Source: Candidatus Bathyarchaeia archaeon (GTDB taxonomy: Archaea; Thermoproteota; Bathyarchaeia; 40CM-2-53-6). Taken from it: a DNA stretch of 48,649 nucleotides. The notes beneath the pieces are model-generated. The model had not been told where the DNA came from, made no database searches, and saw only the letters and a list, made by a program, of their open reading frames with translations. Position 1 is the first letter of the stretch, and every line of letters starts with the position of its first letter. Below are positions 10,049 through 20,604 of the stretch, in pieces. The stretch is from the NCBI GenBank assembly GCA_049521055.1, contig JBEKPE010000003.1, positions 1 to 48,649 on the forward strand. The letters are read 5' to 3'. Position numbers and translations under genes: made by a program.

Positions 10049-11308
10049 ATGGCGGGAAAGACACTGGCGGAGAAGTTGATAGGGTCGCACACCTCTAAGG
10101 GAACGGTCTCGGCTGGAGAAGTTGTGATTGTTAAGGTGGATTACACTTTCACTCACGACGCATCCGGACCACTCCTAATTCAGCAACTGAGCAAATTGAA
10201 GAACGCTGGCAGCTTGGACAAGAATCGAACGATTTTCTTCATCGATCACGCAGTTCCAAGCCCCACAAAAGAACTATCGAACGATCAAGCAACCGTCAGA
10301 AACTACGCCTTAGGAGGCGGGTTAATTCTATCTGACGCAGGTGACGGAATCTGTCACCAAGTGATGGCGGAAGACTACGCGTCTCCGGGAGACTTGATAG
10401 TTGGAACAGACTCACACAGCTGCACCTCTGGCGGTCTATGCGCCTTCGGGACTGGCATGGGTGCAACAGATATCGCAATCGCGATGAAACTACGGAAGAC
10501 ATGGATGCGCGTTCCCGAATCAGTAAGGATGAATATTGGGGGTCGTCTTCCAAGAGGCGTATTCGCCAAGGACTTGATTCTGAAAACCCTATCCATACTC
10601 GGAACCGACGGAGCAACCTACAAGTCACTAGAATTCGATGGACCAGCAATCGATGAACTGGACGTTTGCGGCAGATTGACCTTGACTAACATGGCTATTG
10701 AAGCCGGCGCCAAGACGGGCCTAGTCAAATCCGACACACGAACAAAACAGTATCTTGGAGAGTTTGGCCGAGAGCAGCAATGGAAAGAGATCCATGCCGA
10801 TGACGATGCATCCTACGAATCGGAAATCGCAATTAACGCTTCAGAACTACAGCCTCAGGTTGCTTTTCCAGGTTCGCCCTCGAACGTCAAGCCAGTTTCC
10901 GAAGCTAAGGATGTAAAGGTCAACGAGGTCTTCATCGGAAGTTGCACAAACACCAGAATAGAGGATATGCGGATTGTGGGTCAGATTTTCAAGGGGAGAA
11001 AGAAGGCGAATGGCCTCAAGCTGATCGTGACCCCTTCCTCAAAGAGGGTGTACTTGAAATGCATGGAGGAAGGAATTCTGGAGACTTTGCTTAAAGCGGG
11101 AGCAGTAATCACCCCGCCCGGCTGTGGAGTATGCTTCGGAGCACTTGGCGGAATCCCCGCCGACAATGATGTAATATTCTCCAGCTCCAACAGGAACTTC
11201 CCAGGAAGGACTGGGAATCCGAAAGCCCAGACGTATCTGGGATCACCCGCAACAGCGGCAGCAACCGCAATTACTGGTCACATTACGGACACGAGAGAGT
11301 TCATCTGA
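10049..11308 (+). CDS. 3-isopropylmalate dehydratase/homoaconitase family, large subunit
   Basis: DHAVP, GICHQ, DSHSCT, IGSCTN, CGVC, NRNFPGR. Confidence 0.93.
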   Translation: MAGKTLAEKLIGSHTSKGTVSAGEVVIVKVDYTFTHDASGPLLIQQLSKLKNAGSLDKNRTIFFIDHAVPSPTKELSNDQATVRNYALGGGLILSDAGDGICHQVMAEDYASPGDLIVGTDSHSCTSGGLCAFGTGMGATDIAIAMKLRKTWMRVPESVRMNIGGRLPRGVFAKDLILKTLSILGTDGATYKSLEFDGPAIDELDVCGRLTLTNMAIEAGAKTGLVKSDTRTKQYLGEFGREQQWKEIHADDDASYESEIAINASELQPQVAFPGSPSNVKPVSEAKDVKVNEVFIGSCTNTRIEDMRIVGQIFKGRKKANGLKLIVTPSSKRVYLKCMEEGILETLLKAGAVITPPGCGVCFGALGGIPADNDVIFSSSNRNFPGRTGNPKAQTYLGSPATAAATAITGHITDTREFI

Positions 11309-11324
11309 AGAGAAGGTGTGAAGA

Positions 11325-11819
11325 ATGACTGGAAGGGCGTGGAAGCTCGGGGACAACATTAGCACCGACGAAATAACTCCGGGTAGGTACATGAGTCTTA
11401 GATCGAACCTGTCCGAACTTGCGAAGCACACCCTGGAAGACGCCAGAAAGGAGTTCTCCTCTAGCGTAAGAACAGGAGACTTTGTGGTGGCTGGAAAAAA
11501 TTTCGGAATGGGTTCAAGCAGGGAACACGCACCACTAGTATTCAAGATGTGCGGTGTCGCGGCAGTCCTTGCGCAATCGTTTGCAAGAATATTCTATCGC
11601 AACGCGATCAACATCGGGTTGCCAGCGATTATTTGTGACACAACAAAAATCGATGAAGGCGACAAACTGGAATTACATCTTTCCGAGAACGTATTGGAGA
11701 ATCTGACAAAAGGAAATACGATCCGTTTCCCCGCGATGTCAAAGACTATGGAGACGATCCTCACTGAAGGAGGACTCATCGCCTACGTGGAAAAATACGG
11801 AGATCTTGCTTTCTCCTGA
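11325..11819 (+). CDS. 3-isopropylmalate dehydratase/homoaconitase family, small subunit
   Basis: DNISTDEITP, NFGMGSSREHA, SFARIFYRN. Confidence 0.93.
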   Translation: MTGRAWKLGDNISTDEITPGRYMSLRSNLSELAKHTLEDARKEFSSSVRTGDFVVAGKNFGMGSSREHAPLVFKMCGVAAVLAQSFARIFYRNAINIGLPAIICDTTKIDEGDKLELHLSENVLENLTKGNTIRFPAMSKTMETILTEGGLIAYVEKYGDLAFS

Positions 11820-11911
11820 GAAGAAAATGTGACCAAAAGCTTACGAGAGTATTATGACCTGCGCGTGTAACTGACGTGCCCCTAGATGTCATAAGGTGAA
11901 AGGGAGACAGA

Positions 11912-13201
11912 ATGAGACTCTACGAGAATGAGGCGAAACAGCTCTTCGAGGAGAATGGCATTCCTGTACCTAAGCAATATGGGATAATCCACTCGGCCTT
12001 GGAACTGGAAAGGCTCAATGTGCAATACCCCTTGATCCTCAAGGCTCTTGTTCTGGCTGGAGGACGAGGGAAGGCGGGAGGAATCAAGAAAGCCAAAGAT
12101 CAGAGTGAAGCCAAGGCCAAATCTGAGGAGATTTTCAAGCTTGGAGTCAAAGGCTATCCTGTTAAGACCTTACTAGTCGAGCAGGCCGTAGACCAGCTCG
12201 CGGCCTGCTACATAGGGGTGACGATGGACCCCTTGACTTTCAATAACGTTGTCATTGCAAGTGCCGCGGGCGGCGTAGATATTGAGACGGTGGCAAGGGA
12301 CACCCCAGGAGCAATCCACAGAATCGAGATCCCTGGAAACGAGAGCAAGCTAGCTACAAGTCAAGTAACTGAGTTAGCTAGGAAACTTATCGAAGAGCTA
12401 CCTGCAAGTGCACGTGCCATCATTAGCACAGAAGAACTCGCAGAGATCATTTCAAACGTCTACAGCCTCTATCAAGAAGCTGACACAAAGATCTGTGAGA
12501 TCAACCCGCTGATAATTACTCCCAAGGGACCTGTGGCCGCTGACGCCAAGATAGTCCTAGACGATAACGCGCTGTATCGGCAGGCCAAGCTACTTGAGAC
12601 CCTTGGAATCACTGACAAGCGCCATGACGCAGCTGAATTGACGACGAATGAGCGAAAGGCGCAAGCGAATGGTTTCAAGTACGTAGACCTTCTTCCTGAA
12701 GACGCACCAAAGGATCCAGAGAAGATCTACGTAGGACTTGTCCCAGGTGGAGCGGGCTATGGTATTTTCTCTATCGACGAGGTAGCGAATATTGGAGATC
12801 GATTCTTTCGAGGTAGAGTCATACCTGTCAACTTCATGGACTCAGGAGGAGGACCTTCTCAGCGTCAGGTAGCCCAGATGTTTCATTTGCTAATGGACTA
12901 CGATAAAGTCGATCTAATCATAACGTCGCGGTTCGGAGGCATCTCAAGTTGTGACATCTTCATCCGTGGGGTCGTAGAAGCCATCCGGGAAAGGCATACT
13001 CAGGGCAAGAGAATTATTCCTGTCTATGGCCGGATGGTCGGAACCGATCTTCCTAGTGCTCGAGAGTATTTGGAGAAGGCCAAGGCCGAGACGCCTGAAG
13101 CGCTTAGAGAGATGACGATCATGGTAGGAAACCAGGTCATCATGGCTGACGTAATCAAAGACGGAATCAGCGCGGTCTTTACCGCCAAGGGGTGGAAGTA
13201 A
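11912..13201 (+). CDS. ATP-grasp subunit of an ATP-citrate lyase / citryl-CoA synthetase (SucC-like)
   Basis: MRLYE.EAK, GGRGKAGG, EINPL, DAKIVLDDNA, GGAG, NFMDSGGGP. Confidence 0.8.
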   Translation: MRLYENEAKQLFEENGIPVPKQYGIIHSALELERLNVQYPLILKALVLAGGRGKAGGIKKAKDQSEAKAKSEEIFKLGVKGYPVKTLLVEQAVDQLAACYIGVTMDPLTFNNVVIASAAGGVDIETVARDTPGAIHRIEIPGNESKLATSQVTELARKLIEELPASARAIISTEELAEIISNVYSLYQEADTKICEINPLIITPKGPVAADAKIVLDDNALYRQAKLLETLGITDKRHDAAELTTNERKAQANGFKYVDLLPEDAPKDPEKIYVGLVPGGAGYGIFSIDEVANIGDRFFRGRVIPVNFMDSGGGPSQRQVAQMFHLLMDYDKVDLIITSRFGGISSCDIFIRGVVEAIRERHTQGKRIIPVYGRMVGTDLPSAREYLEKAKAETPEALREMTIMVGNQVIMADVIKDGISAVFTAKGWK

Positions 13202-15336
13202 TCCAAAAGATACGTGCCGACGAAGGGTTACTCTATAATCTCATCAAGCAACTTCGACCGGAACTCGCGACCCACGTCAAAGAGACGGGAGAAATTGACA
13301 CAATTGTTGTCGGTCTGGGAAGAGAGGGCACTCGACATGCCGGATTAATGCAGGACTTCGGGACTAGAATCGTCGCTGGAATTGCTCCGGGCAGAGGAGG
13401 CATTCGTATCCACGAGACAATTCCAGTTTATGACACCGTCGCAGAGTGTCTCAAAGATCACCCACATGTTGCTGCAGCGAGCATTTGGAAGCAGTATTCA
13501 ACGGCGAAGGAGGCGGTAATCGAAGTCATTGAAGCAGGCATCCCACTTGTTGTCCTAATCACTGAAGGAATTCCCTTGCGCGATGTCCGCGAAATGCTTG
13601 CGGCCGCGAGAAGGAACAGAACAGTCCTGATTGGGGGAAACTCGCCCGGCATCATATTTCCTCCTGAGCAAGTAAAGATAGGAATGCTTCCCGACGTCTT
13701 CTACCCTGAGGAGATAGCTCCTGGCAAGTTCGGACCAAAGGGAGTTACGATAATCTCTCGCAGTGGCGCAATTCTATACCATATGTCCGACGCTCTGGCA
13801 AGTGCAGGGATCGCCCAGAACGCGGTCATCGGCATTGGCGGCGACGCAGCGATCGGTTCCACTTTTGTGGATCTGGTCCCTCTTGTGATGAACTATCCGA
13901 ACACCGAGCTTGTGGTGATCGCAGGAGAGATCGGCGGTATCCAAGAAGAGCGACTAGCCGAGGACATTCTTGTACATCCCGAACGATACCCAAAGCCCCT
14001 AGTAGCCCTCGTCTCAGGAGCCCACGCCCCGGAAGGAAAGACAATGGGACACGCCGGAGCAATAGTTACTCCAGGGCAAGCTTACGGCACCTTCAAGTCA
14101 AAGAAGGAAGCACTGGAACGTGCCCGAGTAACAGTTGTCAACTCCCAGTACGACCTCATCGAAACTGTGAAGTCAAGGCTGAAGAAAACCTACTTCGATC
14201 CAGAACGATACTATCAGAAAATGCAACACATCTGGGAGGCAAAAGTGGCGCCCCCCAGCTGGGGAACTCTAATCACCGAAGTAAAGCCGAACAACATCAT
14301 GATCTCAGGATACGCACTGCAACAAATCGTCGGCCGAAAAGGGCTCTTGGACGTGGCTAATCTCCTGATCCAAGGAGAGTTCGCGGCTCCGGAATTCTTG
14401 GAAGAGTTGCGGGTCACAGCCATGAAGGGTGCTCTCAAGCCCCAGCCCTCAATCGGATCCTATGAAGATGAAGACATCTCTCAAGCTCTTGCTAGGGCGC
14501 TCATCTCTGACAAAATCCTAGCGGCCTTTCCACAGAAAGGAAGATCAGGCCCCATACTCAAAACCGCCTTTGCTTTGGGAAGAGTCGGAAGGTATCTCGC
14601 AGCAATCTTAGGAAATACACAGGCGCTAGACCGGCTTTCTGAGGAATCGAGCTTCACTGAACTGATATACCGGGCCATTACGGGCGCCATGACTTTTGAC
14701 CGCAAAAAAGCTGGCCTCCTTGAAGCAATGGCCGTGGCATCAGTGGACCACGGTGTTACTCCTCCCTCAGCTCAGGTCGCTATTATCTCGGCGTCAACAA
14801 GGTCAGACTACACTGTATCGGTTGCAAGCGGAGTTGGCGCAATAACGGACGTCCACGGAGGAGCTGGAAAGAAAGCCGGGCTGTTCTACTCCGAATGCCT
14901 TTCGCGTTCCAAGAGAAACGGACTCGATTTGGAGGAAGCTACGAAAGCAATACTCACTGAATATGTCCGAGATGGCAGAAGGATCGAAGGTCTCGGCCAT
15001 AGAGTCCACACTCAAGACCCCAGGCGAGATGTTCTCTGGAAACTGAGTGAGGATGCAGGGATAGCCGGAGGAAATGTAGCTGTTTCCAAAATCGTTTCCA
15101 GAGTTTTCAAGCAAGTGCGAGGCATGGAGCTGCCCATCAACGTGGATGGAGTAATCGGGGCAATAGTTGCGGACATGGGACTGAATCCAATACTCGCCAA
15201 GGTCCTCTTCATTTGGGGGCGAGTTGCCGGCCTCTCGGCGCATTATTTCGAAGAGGTCTCTTCTCAACCTGAAATGCGACCCATCAACTTCTCCCAGGCC
15301 GTCTACAAGGGAAAACCTACGCGGCAGGTACCCTAG
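13192..15336 (+). CDS. SucD-like CoA-binding/phospho-His domain fused to a citryl-CoA lyase (citrate-synthase-like) domain; AclA-like
   Basis: ITEGIP, SRSG, GEIGG, MGHAGA; C-terminal DHG, HGGA, GLGHRVH, DPR, NVDG. Confidence 0.85.
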   Translation: MEVIQKIRADEGLLYNLIKQLRPELATHVKETGEIDTIVVGLGREGTRHAGLMQDFGTRIVAGIAPGRGGIRIHETIPVYDTVAECLKDHPHVAAASIWKQYSTAKEAVIEVIEAGIPLVVLITEGIPLRDVREMLAAARRNRTVLIGGNSPGIIFPPEQVKIGMLPDVFYPEEIAPGKFGPKGVTIISRSGAILYHMSDALASAGIAQNAVIGIGGDAAIGSTFVDLVPLVMNYPNTELVVIAGEIGGIQEERLAEDILVHPERYPKPLVALVSGAHAPEGKTMGHAGAIVTPGQAYGTFKSKKEALERARVTVVNSQYDLIETVKSRLKKTYFDPERYYQKMQHIWEAKVAPPSWGTLITEVKPNNIMISGYALQQIVGRKGLLDVANLLIQGEFAAPEFLEELRVTAMKGALKPQPSIGSYEDEDISQALARALISDKILAAFPQKGRSGPILKTAFALGRVGRYLAAILGNTQALDRLSEESSFTELIYRAITGAMTFDRKKAGLLEAMAVASVDHGVTPPSAQVAIISASTRSDYTVSVASGVGAITDVHGGAGKKAGLFYSECLSRSKRNGLDLEEATKAILTEYVRDGRRIEGLGHRVHTQDPRRDVLWKLSEDAGIAGGNVAVSKIVSRVFKQVRGMELPINVDGVIGAIVADMGLNPILAKVLFIWGRVAGLSAHYFEEVSSQPEMRPINFSQAVYKGKPTRQVP

Positions 15337-15541
15337 GCAGGTTCGATTGCCCACATTATAGCATGAATTTGCAGATTTTGAGCTTTCACAAGAGTTGGTA
15401 GTTAAGCTCACATTCCGTGAGCGTATTCATAACGTAAGAAACAGACGAAGACACGCTAGTAGGACACTAATCAAGAACCGGTTGTACCAGATCGCTGAAA
15501 GTAAATCAGATTTAATAGGCCTCTGTCGGTTGGTCAAGTCG

Positions 15542-16081
15542 GTGTCTAAGACGAAAGAAGAATTGACTAGAATTATTCCAGAGTTCAATGAGATTCAGGA
15601 GAAGGCTCTCAGAGAGAAGACACTTCAGGTCTGGCTCGATGCAATGAAAGAGAATAATTGGGACATCGCGTCGCTTCAAAGGATGCCCTTCACCTTACTT
15701 GTCGAGAAAGTTTCAACGAGTTTTGTCTCGCATGTACGCACGGTATGCAGGATGTGTATCGCCATGTTCGATGTGCTCAAAGACGCCTACGGGGATCGCA
15801 TTGAACTGAGTCGTGACACGCTTATCGCGGGGGCGCTGCTTGCAGATGTGGGGAAGCTGCATGAATATTCAAAGGATGGTGACCGTTTCATATTCAGCAA
15901 ATCGAGCAAGTTCTTGAGGCATCCGTTTGTCGGTGTCGCATTAGCATCAAAGCAGGACATACCAGAAGACGTACTACACATAATCGCAGTGCATTCAAAA
16001 GAAGCAGCTGGCTTCAAGAGGTCTCCCGAAGCAATAATCTTCCATCATGCAGACTTCACTGAATTTGAGCTTGTTCAATAA
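15542..16081 (+). CDS. HD/HDIG-like domain protein
   Basis: H..TV, ALLADVGK (the HD motif reads AD), RHPFVG, HS, HHAD; start uncertain (ORF is open from 15395). Confidence 0.75.
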   Translation: MSKTKEELTRIIPEFNEIQEKALREKTLQVWLDAMKENNWDIASLQRMPFTLLVEKVSTSFVSHVRTVCRMCIAMFDVLKDAYGDRIELSRDTLIAGALLADVGKLHEYSKDGDRFIFSKSSKFLRHPFVGVALASKQDIPEDVLHIIAVHSKEAAGFKRSPEAIIFHHADFTEFELVQ

Positions 16082-16197
16082 ACCACAACGACTGCTTCTG
16101 AGCACTGGCCGCAGTAGTGGGTCGTCATAGTCGATTCTGCAAATCATGCACCCAACATTTGAGCCACGATATCAAGCTAAGCGACCGGGAGGCTTGA

Positions 16198-17565
16198 ATC
16201 GTTACGACTGTAGCACGAAAACTCGCAGAGTTCGCGGTCAACCTGAAGTACGATGACATACCATCGGAAACAGTCCGAGAGGCCAAGAGATTTCTATTGG
16301 ATTCTATTGGATGCGCCTTACGCGGATGTCTGAGCGAAGACTTCGCTATCTTGGTAAAGGTGCTGGATGAACTCGGAGGCACTCCCGAGGCAACAATCAT
16401 CGGAACCGGTTCTAAGACCAACTGTTACAATGCCGCATTAGCTAACAGCCTTCTCATTCGCGCCCTTGATTATAACGACATTTACTGGAAGCAAGATCCA
16501 AGCCATCCCAGTGACCTGATCCCTGCGGCGCTTTCAGTTGGTGAACGCGAAAGCAAGTCGGGAAAGGATCTGATCGTGGCGATGATAATTGGATATGAAT
16601 TGGAGATGCGACTCTGTGAATCCGCCATTCCGGGAATTCGGGAAAGGAAGTGGCATCATGCGTCGCTAACTCAGTTCGTGTCCCCCGTCGTTGCTGGAAG
16701 AATGCTCGACCTTAACGTTGACCAGATGTGTAATGCCATAGGAATCTCAGGTAGTCACAACTTCACCCTCGGAACAGTGGCGGCTGGTAAGCTGTCAATG
16801 GTGAAGAACATAGTGGACCCATTGGCAGTTCAGAGTGGAGTGATGGCTGCTCTATTGGCGAAGAAGGGGTTCACAGGACCAGAAGCAGTCTTCGAAGGAA
16901 AAGAAGGCCTAGTCGACACCATAGGAGGAATATGGGATATGGATGTGGTGACCAAAACTCATGAGGGTTTCAAGATTATGGAGTGCTCAATGAAGCCATT
17001 TCCTACTGAGGGGCTTACTCATTCACCAATCACCGCCACGCTAACGCTCTTGAATCGTCATCGCATCTTGCCCGAGGATATAGAGGGAGTCGTGGTTAGA
17101 ACAATCTCGCGAGCGGTCGATATTCTGGCGGATCCTTCAAAGTACGCACCTACCTCCAAGGAGACCGCCGATCACAGCCTACCTTACTGCATAGCAGCCG
17201 CTATCGTTGATAGAAAGGTGACCTTGGACCAGTTTACCAAAACTAAGCTGAACGATAACAGCATTCGTAGCGTCATCAACAAAGTCAAGGTTGTCGCTGA
17301 CCCGGAGTTGGAGAAGCTCTTTCCGGAACTGGCCACAGCCATAGTCGAGGTAACATGTAAGGACGGACACTGCTTCACACAGAGAGTTGATTTTGCGAAG
17401 GGAAATCCCAAGAACCGAATGAGTGACGAAGAAGTCCTAACGAAATTTCATGCTAACGCGTTATCAGTAGTGAGTGAGGAGAGAGAGAAGGCAATAATCA
17501 GCAAGATAATGAATCTGGAAGCTCTTCAAATTCACGAGCTTACCCAACTTCTTGCTAGGATTTGA
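16198..17565 (+). CDS. prpD: MmgE/PrpD family (2-methylcitrate dehydratase-like)
   Basis: RALDYND, SHPSD, KPFPTE, ETADHSLPY; family-like N-terminus (LAEFAVNLKYDDIP) extends upstream of 16297 to ATC 16198, right after an in-frame TGA. Confidence 0.88.
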   Translation: MVTTVARKLAEFAVNLKYDDIPSETVREAKRFLLDSIGCALRGCLSEDFAILVKVLDELGGTPEATIIGTGSKTNCYNAALANSLLIRALDYNDIYWKQDPSHPSDLIPAALSVGERESKSGKDLIVAMIIGYELEMRLCESAIPGIRERKWHHASLTQFVSPVVAGRMLDLNVDQMCNAIGISGSHNFTLGTVAAGKLSMVKNIVDPLAVQSGVMAALLAKKGFTGPEAVFEGKEGLVDTIGGIWDMDVVTKTHEGFKIMECSMKPFPTEGLTHSPITATLTLLNRHRILPEDIEGVVVRTISRAVDILADPSKYAPTSKETADHSLPYCIAAAIVDRKVTLDQFTKTKLNDNSIRSVINKVKVVADPELEKLFPELATAIVEVTCKDGHCFTQRVDFAKGNPKNRMSDEEVLTKFHANALSVVSEEREKAIISKIMNLEALQIHELTQLLARI

Positions 17566-17789
17566 CTTTGCCGACTCCCGCTAAATCATAGGCCATACGC
17601 TGCCAGGTACGTGGCGCTACATAATCAAAACTGAGAGGAATTAACCATGTTATTCGCCATTCATTACCCCTCCAATTCTTTTCGATCGCCGAAAATCCTT
17701 CCCAACCGGTACCTTGGTAGAACCACCTTCGGAAACCAACAGCGAGGCTAAAACTCTCCCAAAAACCTCCCGGACTCAGCTGAAAACAT

Positions 17790-19496
17790 TTGGATTTGAC
17801 CGTTAGACTTGCAGGGGAGTCAGGCGATGGAGTCATCCTTGCCGGGGAGGTTCTGACATACGCGCTCTCTCGTATGGGTTTGAAAATTTTCACCTTCAGA
17901 ATATATCCTGCCTCCGTTCGCGGAGGTCAGTGTACGTATCAGCTTCGTGCGAGTGACTGGCACGCCTATTCTCAAGGAGACACATTGGATTTGCTTGTAG
18001 CATTCGATACCGAGGCGGTTTCGTCTAACGTAAAGGACCTGAAGCCTGAAGGAGGAGTGGTATTTGACCAAGATCGAACCCCCAGAAACTCACCGACCCT
18101 ACCAAAACGAGCGTTTGGCGCGCCATTCACATCAATCGCGAGAAATGAGCTTGGATTCCCCAAAGCTAGAAACATGATCATTGCTGGATACGTTGCGGGA
18201 ATCACCGGCATCTCCGAGACAATCATGAAGGAGGTCATGATCGCAAAATTGGGATCACGCGGCACCGCTATTCTTGACAAGAACATTTCAGCAACCCGAT
18301 TAGGGTTTAACCTCGTCCCAAAGGAATCAATTCGAACTATGCCGACCGGAGAAGCGAATAAGGCCATATTATCTGGGAATGAAGCAATTGCTCTGGGCGC
18401 GATTGTAGCTGGCTGTCGATTCTACGGTGGCTACCCGATTACCCCGGCTAGCGACATCCTCGAATCGCTTGGAGACCTTCTACCCGGAGTTGGTGGACGC
18501 GTTTTTCAGGGTGAGGATGAGATGGCGTCGATCGGTGCCGCGATAGGCGCATCCTACGCTGGAGTAAAGGCCATGACAGCAACCTCCGGTCCTGGCTTCT
18601 CACTAATGACTGAGATGATAGGCATGGCGTCCATGATGGAGATCCCGGTTGTGATTGTTGACGCGCAAAGAGGTGGCCCCTCTACCGGATTACCAACCAA
18701 GACCGAGCAATCAGATCTTAACCATGCACTCTTCGGAGGTCACGGCGACATGCCTAGGATAGTGCTTGCGCCTGGAACTGTCGAAGACTGCTTCTACCAG
18801 ACAATCCGCGCCTTTAACTTAGCAGAGCTATACCAACTTCCAGTCATTCTATTAACAGACCAGTCGCTGGCTCAATGCACGGAGGGTGTCCCACTACCGG
18901 ACATTGATAAGCTGCAAATTGTGAACCGCGAAAAGGCCAACCTGGGTGACGAAGGCACGTTTCAGAGATATGCAGTCACGCACAACGGTGTCTCTCCGAT
19001 CTCAACCCCTGGTGAAAGCCGAGGCGAATACGTCGCCGAGAGCACAGAACACGACGAGCGAGGTCGAGTCAACTTCGGCACGAATGCTCACTCCCAAATG
19101 ACGGCGAAGAGATTCAGAAAACTAGAGACAGCTGAAACTGACCTTGCAGACGACCCACTCAACTTCACGATAGTCGACGACGATGAAGCTAAGCTCGCTG
19201 TGATGGGATGGGGTTCCACTCAGGGAGCAATCCATGAAGCTGTTCTCAAAGCGAAAAAGAAACTCATTCGAGTCAAATGGTTGCAATGCAAAATGCTTAG
19301 CCCACTCCCCAGAAAGAGGATATGCACCTTTCTCGAATCCGTAGACCACGTCCTGGTCCCTGAACTGAACTATACTTCGCAATTCGCCAACCTCCTACGT
19401 ATGAGTTTCGCGATCGAACCAATTACCCTGACAAAGACAGAAGGCACACCCTTCACGCCAGGAGAGATATTGCGGAAAATAGAGGAGCTGTCATAG
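17790..19496 (+). CDS. korA: 2-oxoacid:ferredoxin oxidoreductase alpha subunit (gamma-alpha fusion)
   Basis: AGESGDG, YPITP, ATSGPG, QRGGPSTGLPTKTEQSD. Confidence 0.92.
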   Translation: MDLTVRLAGESGDGVILAGEVLTYALSRMGLKIFTFRIYPASVRGGQCTYQLRASDWHAYSQGDTLDLLVAFDTEAVSSNVKDLKPEGGVVFDQDRTPRNSPTLPKRAFGAPFTSIARNELGFPKARNMIIAGYVAGITGISETIMKEVMIAKLGSRGTAILDKNISATRLGFNLVPKESIRTMPTGEANKAILSGNEAIALGAIVAGCRFYGGYPITPASDILESLGDLLPGVGGRVFQGEDEMASIGAAIGASYAGVKAMTATSGPGFSLMTEMIGMASMMEIPVVIVDAQRGGPSTGLPTKTEQSDLNHALFGGHGDMPRIVLAPGTVEDCFYQTIRAFNLAELYQLPVILLTDQSLAQCTEGVPLPDIDKLQIVNREKANLGDEGTFQRYAVTHNGVSPISTPGESRGEYVAESTEHDERGRVNFGTNAHSQMTAKRFRKLETAETDLADDPLNFTIVDDDEAKLAVMGWGSTQGAIHEAVLKAKKKLIRVKWLQCKMLSPLPRKRICTFLESVDHVLVPELNYTSQFANLLRMSFAIEPITLTKTEGTPFTPGEILRKIEELS

Positions 19497-19497
19497 G

Positions 19498-20325
19498 TTG
19501 ACGACGCCAAATGTAAGCGAATACAGGTCAGATTATAACCCTACTTGGTGTCCGGGCTGCGGAGACTATGGGGTTCTCAAATCAGTCGAGATGGCGTTCC
19601 ATGAACTTGCGTTGCGGCCCGAACAGGTGGTGATCGTCTCTGGTATCGGATGCAACGGCCGATTCCCGCATGGCTTCAGGACATACGGATTTCACACCCT
19701 TCATGGAAGAGTGCTCCCCATAGCCCAAGGAATCAGCATGGCAAAGCCTGCACTGAGCATAGTCGGAATTTCTGGGGATGGAGACGCGTTCGCTATAGGC
19801 GGAGGACACATTCCGCATGCTGCGAGGAGAAACCCTGACCTAGCGTACATAGTGCTCGATAATGGAATCTTTGCACAGACGAAAGGCCAGCCATCCCCCA
19901 CGACCGCTCTAGGTTTGAGAACGAAAGCGTCGCCCGCCGGAAACCCGGACGACCCGATTGACATCAGCCAACTCGCGCTTGCGTATCATGTCTCATTCCT
20001 TGCACGGGGCTTTCCCGGCAAACCAAACCACCTAGCGCATATCATCGCAGAAGGCATCAAGCACAAAGGTTTCGCTCTCATACACGTGCTGAATCCATGC
20101 CCCACGTTTCACGACACGTGGAAGGAGTACACAGCGAAAATATCTGAGATAGGCCCAGAACATGACGCTACAGACCTCGAAGCGGCCTGGAAATTGGTTG
20201 AAAGGGAGGACAGAATCCCGATAGGCGTCATCCTCAACCAGGACCGGCCCACACAACAAGAACGGGTAAAAATCCCGCCTGGCTCAAGCTCGGATATTAA
20301 GAGCATTTTGGCCTCCTTCCGATAA
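19498..20325 (+). CDS. korB: 2-oxoacid:ferredoxin oxidoreductase beta subunit
   Basis: WCPGCG, SGIGC, HGR, GDGD, TKGQPSPT. Confidence 0.92.
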   Translation: MTTPNVSEYRSDYNPTWCPGCGDYGVLKSVEMAFHELALRPEQVVIVSGIGCNGRFPHGFRTYGFHTLHGRVLPIAQGISMAKPALSIVGISGDGDAFAIGGGHIPHAARRNPDLAYIVLDNGIFAQTKGQPSPTTALGLRTKASPAGNPDDPIDISQLALAYHVSFLARGFPGKPNHLAHIIAEGIKHKGFALIHVLNPCPTFHDTWKEYTAKISEIGPEHDATDLEAAWKLVEREDRIPIGVILNQDRPTQQERVKIPPGSSSDIKSILASFR

Positions 20326-20353
20326 TCTGTACAGCTTCGGCTAGGCAGCAGAC

Positions 20354-20467
20354 ATGACCTTAGTGTATGCACAACACGGCAACGAAACCATCGAGCAATT
20401 TGCGCGTGCCTCGCGGATCAGAACGATTAAGATATCTATTCTTGGTAGCGTCAATTCTACGACTTGA
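20354..20467 (+). pseudogene. Degenerate duplicate of the 5' end of the LigB-like gene at 21959
   Basis: MTLVYA---QHGNETIEQFA versus MTLVYACIAPHGSETIGQLA; upstream leaders also similar (TAGGCAGCAGACATG / TAGGCAACAAACATG). Confidence 0.8.
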
Positions 20468-20604
20468 AAAGCAGCTAGCATCGAATCGCAAACGATTCTT
20501 GGCACTATCCAAGTTCCACAAGATGACGTGGCCAATACATCTGTGTCACGTGACGGGTCTCTTTCAGTGACCTTATACGTTTTCGAGCTGAACCTTCCGG
20601 TTCT

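Noticed and set aside
10049-11819. Assigning leuC/leuD symbols
   Set aside because: Substrate cannot be told from motifs, and the context is tricarboxylate metabolism rather than leucine biosynthesis.
11912-15336. Ordinary succinyl-CoA synthetase sucCD
   Set aside because: The alpha-like subunit carries a citrate-synthase-like fusion, and the beta-like C-terminus has GGAG/GGGP loops closer to ACL/CCS.
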